Below, in pieces: positions 60,900 to 64,000 of a stretch of DNA of 64,000 bases; positions within the stretch are counted from its first letter, which is position 1, and each line of letters begins with the position of its first letter. This DNA comes from a bacterium (GTDB lineage Bacteria > Zhuqueibacterota > Zhuqueibacteria > Residuimicrobiales > Krinioviventaceae), in the NCBI GenBank assembly GCA_963693055.1, contig OY843751.1:5888001-5952000 (forward strand). Reading direction: 5' to 3'. The notes under the pieces were generated by a model. It searched no databases and was not told the DNA's origin. It saw only the letters and a program-made list of their open reading frames with translations. The translations under genes were made by a program, and so were the position numbers.

Positions 60900-62099
60900 A
60901 TGTTTTCCATACGTAAAACTTTATACATGATGTCGGGCACTTTGCGCGGCATCTTTTTTATTCTTATACTTGCTGTAATATTGGGCATGGTGCTATATAC
61001 ACAGCAGATGGTAAACGGGCTTCGCCGTGAAGCGCGTGAAATTGTGGGCATTTATGTCACCACCATTAAACGGATCGCATCTGACCCCCTGGCGCCCGAA
61101 GCTTTGGGCTGGTCGTTTGAAAATATTACACAGCGCACCAACTTTCCTCTCATTCTGACCGATTCTGATAAAAACCCAACAACCTGGAAAAGTATTGGCA
61201 TCCCTGAAACCAATCCCTCCAAAGAAACACTGGCTAAAATTCGCAATATGATGGCAAAAATGGAAAAGGAAAACGAGCCCATTGCCATAACCTATGACGA
61301 TACGGTTCTAAACTATCTCTATTATGGAGATTCAAAACTGATCACACAACTGATTTTCCTGCCCTATATATCCATTGTTGGACTGGGCTTGTTACTCTTG
61401 CTGGCTTTTTTAGGATTCAGCAGTATTAAACAAAGTGAACAACGGTTCATCTGGGTGGGTATGGCCAAAGAAACGGCACATCAACTTGGTACTCCCATCT
61501 CTTCCCTGATGGGATGGCAGGAGGTGTTGAAATCCGATTCCGGTAATGCTGAAAATGTTAGCTTTGTATCCACTGAAATGGAAAACGACATTAAACGTTT
61601 AGAAAAAGTGGCCGCGCGTTTTTCTCAAATCGGTTCCAAAACACAGCTAAAACCGCAAGATATTCATCCCATTCTTTCAGATATTATGGTTTATTTCAAG
61701 AGACGTTTACCCCAAACCGGCAAAGAGATTAAGTTGATTGAAAATTTTGGAGAGATCCCTGTGGTTTCACTTAACCGGGACCTTTTTGAATGGACAGTTG
61801 AAAATCTGATTAAAAATGCCATTGACGCAGTCAAGGGTAAACAGGGTGTTATTGAATTGATTACCGGTGTATTGCCCGATGGAAACATCTACCTGGACGT
61901 TAAAGACAATGGCATCGGAATCTCTACAAAAGGAAAGCGTGATATTTTCAAAGCCGGATACAGCACCAAAAAACGGGGTTGGGGGTTGGGACTCAACCTG
62001 GCCAAACGGATTGTTGAAGAATACCATAATGGTAAACTGTTCATCAAAGAGTCTCATGTGGGCAAAGGTACAACCATGAGGGTTATCCTTAAACCATGA
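60900..62099 (+). CDS. Membrane sensor histidine kinase (no cognate response regulator in the window)
   Basis: WVGMAKETAHQLGTP, ENLIKNAIDA, DNGIG, GWGLGL. Start ATG 60900. Confidence 0.92.
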   Translation: MFSIRKTLYMMSGTLRGIFFILILAVILGMVLYTQQMVNGLRREAREIVGIYVTTIKRIASDPLAPEALGWSFENITQRTNFPLILTDSDKNPTTWKSIGIPETNPSKETLAKIRNMMAKMEKENEPIAITYDDTVLNYLYYGDSKLITQLIFLPYISIVGLGLLLLLAFLGFSSIKQSEQRFIWVGMAKETAHQLGTPISSLMGWQEVLKSDSGNAENVSFVSTEMENDIKRLEKVAARFSQIGSKTQLKPQDIHPILSDIMVYFKRRLPQTGKEIKLIENFGEIPVVSLNRDLFEWTVENLIKNAIDAVKGKQGVIELITGVLPDGNIYLDVKDNGIGISTKGKRDIFKAGYSTKKRGWGLGLNLAKRIVEEYHNGKLFIKESHVGKGTTMRVILKP

Positions 62100-62839
62100 A
62101 TAAATCCTCACACAAAACCATCCTGATCACCGGTTCATCAAAAGGCCTGGGACAAAAAACCGCCCTGAGACTGGCATCCGAGGATACAACGATTATTATC
62201 AATTATCATACAGATCATATCGCCGCAAAAGAAACAGCAGATCAGATAAATTCCTCCGGAGGACATGCAATAGCCATTCAGGCAGACGTCCGCCAGGAAC
62301 CGGATGTTAACAATATGTTTCGACAAATAAAGAAAAAGACCGGCAGTGTTGATATATTGATAAACAACGTTGGTGATTTTGTTTTCAAAGCCTTTGATGA
62401 AACAAGCTTTAAAGAATGGCAGGATATGCTCAGCAGCAATCTCAACAGCTGCTTTCTCTGCTGTAAAGCCGCCTTGCCAGACATGCGTTTAAATAAATGG
62501 GGACGAATCATCAACATAGGTCTTGCCAATGCCGGTGTGAAAGCGTATCAAAATGTGGTTCCCTACTCTATTGCTAAAACCGGGGTACATATATTAACCA
62601 AATCCCTGGCAAAGCAGGAAGCACCCAATGGCATAACCGTTAATATTATTGCTCCCGGATTAATGGACAATGGCAGGTTATCGGAAGAACAGTTAAAGAT
62701 GCAAGCCAGTACCGTTCCCATGGGAAGGAGCGGAACCGCAGAGGATGTTTTAGGCGCCGTTCAATATCTGATCAGTGAACAAGCTCAATATGTAACGGGC
62801 ACCGAGCTTGTTGTCAGCGGTGGATGGGGTCTTTCCTGA
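62096..62839 (+). CDS. Short-chain dehydrogenase/reductase (FabG-like)
   Basis: TGSSKGLG, INNVG, YSIAK. Confidence 0.9.
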   Translation: MNKSSHKTILITGSSKGLGQKTALRLASEDTTIIINYHTDHIAAKETADQINSSGGHAIAIQADVRQEPDVNNMFRQIKKKTGSVDILINNVGDFVFKAFDETSFKEWQDMLSSNLNSCFLCCKAALPDMRLNKWGRIINIGLANAGVKAYQNVVPYSIAKTGVHILTKSLAKQEAPNGITVNIIAPGLMDNGRLSEEQLKMQASTVPMGRSGTAEDVLGAVQYLISEQAQYVTGTELVVSGGWGLS

Positions 62840-63389
62840 TCATATAAAAGCTCAAATCCATCAATACAAAATCACTGATTTTGGTAAACATCATTTTGGG
62901 GATCTTTATATTATGTCTTTGCAATCCAAGCTCAAAACCACTCTGTACCTGCATCTTGTTATCAATAAGCGAAATTCTTCCATCAATGACATAAGGCTGC
63001 TCAACTCCATGCAAATTTAATGTTCCCTCAACCGTGACATCAAAATCATTACCCGTCTCTAATGTATCAATTGCAGTCAATATACCGGTATAAACGGCAT
63101 AAGGATACTTATCGGTTTGGAGGTATTTCTCCTGCATTTGCTGGTTTCTCTTGGCAATCCCGGTATCCATATCTCTCAAATCAACCTGAAAGTAAAATTC
63201 ACTTTCTGTCAGAGGGTTCTCCCCTTCCCATTTGACAAATCCATCTATCATTGCTGTTGATCCGTCAAACTGCTCCATAGGTGCATGAACCATAAACAGC
63301 ACCATATTATCCGCTTCAGTATCAACTTGATATTCAGCTGAAAATCCTGCAGCGGCAAAAAGCAAAATTATATAAATCCATTTTTTCAT
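62814..63389 (-). CDS. YceI family protein
   Basis: Signal peptide; DTGIAKRNQQM...LQTDKYP, GTLNLHGV. Confidence 0.85.
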   Translation of the reverse strand: MKKWIYIILLFAAAGFSAEYQVDTEADNMVLFMVHAPMEQFDGSTAMIDGFVKWEGENPLTESEFYFQVDLRDMDTGIAKRNQQMQEKYLQTDKYPYAVYTGILTAIDTLETGNDFDVTVEGTLNLHGVEQPYVIDGRISLIDNKMQVQSGFELGLQRHNIKIPKMMFTKISDFVLMDLSFYMIRKDPIHR

Positions 63390-63520
63390 AGAGATCCGCT
63401 ATTAATGATAGATTGAATATAATAAATTTGTCTTGTATTAAGCAACCTTTCATATAGAATTATGCTTTGATATGTATACGGGAATTTGTAAGTTTGTTTC
63501 TAAAAATCAATGAGGTTTTT

Positions 63521-63910
63521 ATGTTAAAATGGTCAACCGCTATTCTTTTGGCTCTCGCTTTATTTTCTTCATGCAAAGAAAAAGTTCAAGATAAAGCCCA
63601 TGTAAGCCATATACTGGTCATGTACAAAGGCGCTTCAATGACTCCTGCTACATTAACACGCACAAAACAGGAAGCCTATGCAATTGCCACTGAATTATTA
63701 TACCAGGTCAAAAACGGCGGTGATTTTGCAGAAATTGCCAAACAATATTCCGATTGTGTCAGTAGTAGTCTGGGCGGCAAGCTGGATCCCTTTAAACGCG
63801 GTGTAATGGCAATCCCTTTTGAAAATGCGGCATTCAAGTTGAAAAGCGGTGAAATCAGCAATATTGTGGAAACTGAATTTGGTTTTCATATCATCAAAGC
63901 AGATCCATAA
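63521..63910 (+). CDS. Parvulin-type (PpiC) peptidyl-prolyl isomerase lipoprotein
   Basis: Lipobox FSSC; SHILV, FAEIAKQYSD, GGKL..F, FENAAF, ETEFGFHII. Confidence 0.9.
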   Translation: MLKWSTAILLALALFSSCKEKVQDKAHVSHILVMYKGASMTPATLTRTKQEAYAIATELLYQVKNGGDFAEIAKQYSDCVSSSLGGKLDPFKRGVMAIPFENAAFKLKSGEISNIVETEFGFHIIKADP

Positions 63911-64000
63911 TCCCCGCACTTACATTCTTAAACCTTAAAAAAGTCTTTATTTTACTTGATATTTATTCCATTGTTATGTAACATTGTGTGTTCCTGAATT

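Overview
The window is bacterial chromosomal DNA spanning the probable replication origin. A DnaA-box cluster (34.4-35.0 kb) precedes dnaA-dnaN-recF-DUF721-gyrB-gyrA. The host looks like a diderm FCB-group organism (KSB1/Calditrichota-like). This is inferred from a YPNPFNP-type C-terminal sorting domain, TonB/DUF4249 and TPR/DUF4292 gene pairs, and the use of Shine-Dalgarno sites. The main accessory feature is a respiratory island at 17-24.7 kb. It holds an ImcH-like NapC/NirT multiheme cytochrome, a 19-heme CbcL-like c/b cytochrome, a second 7-heme c/b cytochrome, a POTRA-less Omp85 barrel, a Rex-like operator and an unidentified structured RNA. Other notable points are a tandem 865-bp-period mosaic array of three lipoprotein genes next to a TonB-dependent receptor, and two further candidate ncRNAs. 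The origin-linked gyrase lacks a canonical GyrA-box and carries quinolone-resistance-type residues, and a spirochete/delta-type EF-G sits where rpmH is usually found. No rRNA, tRNA, CRISPR array or transposase was seen. All family calls come from motif recognition by eye; no searches were run.
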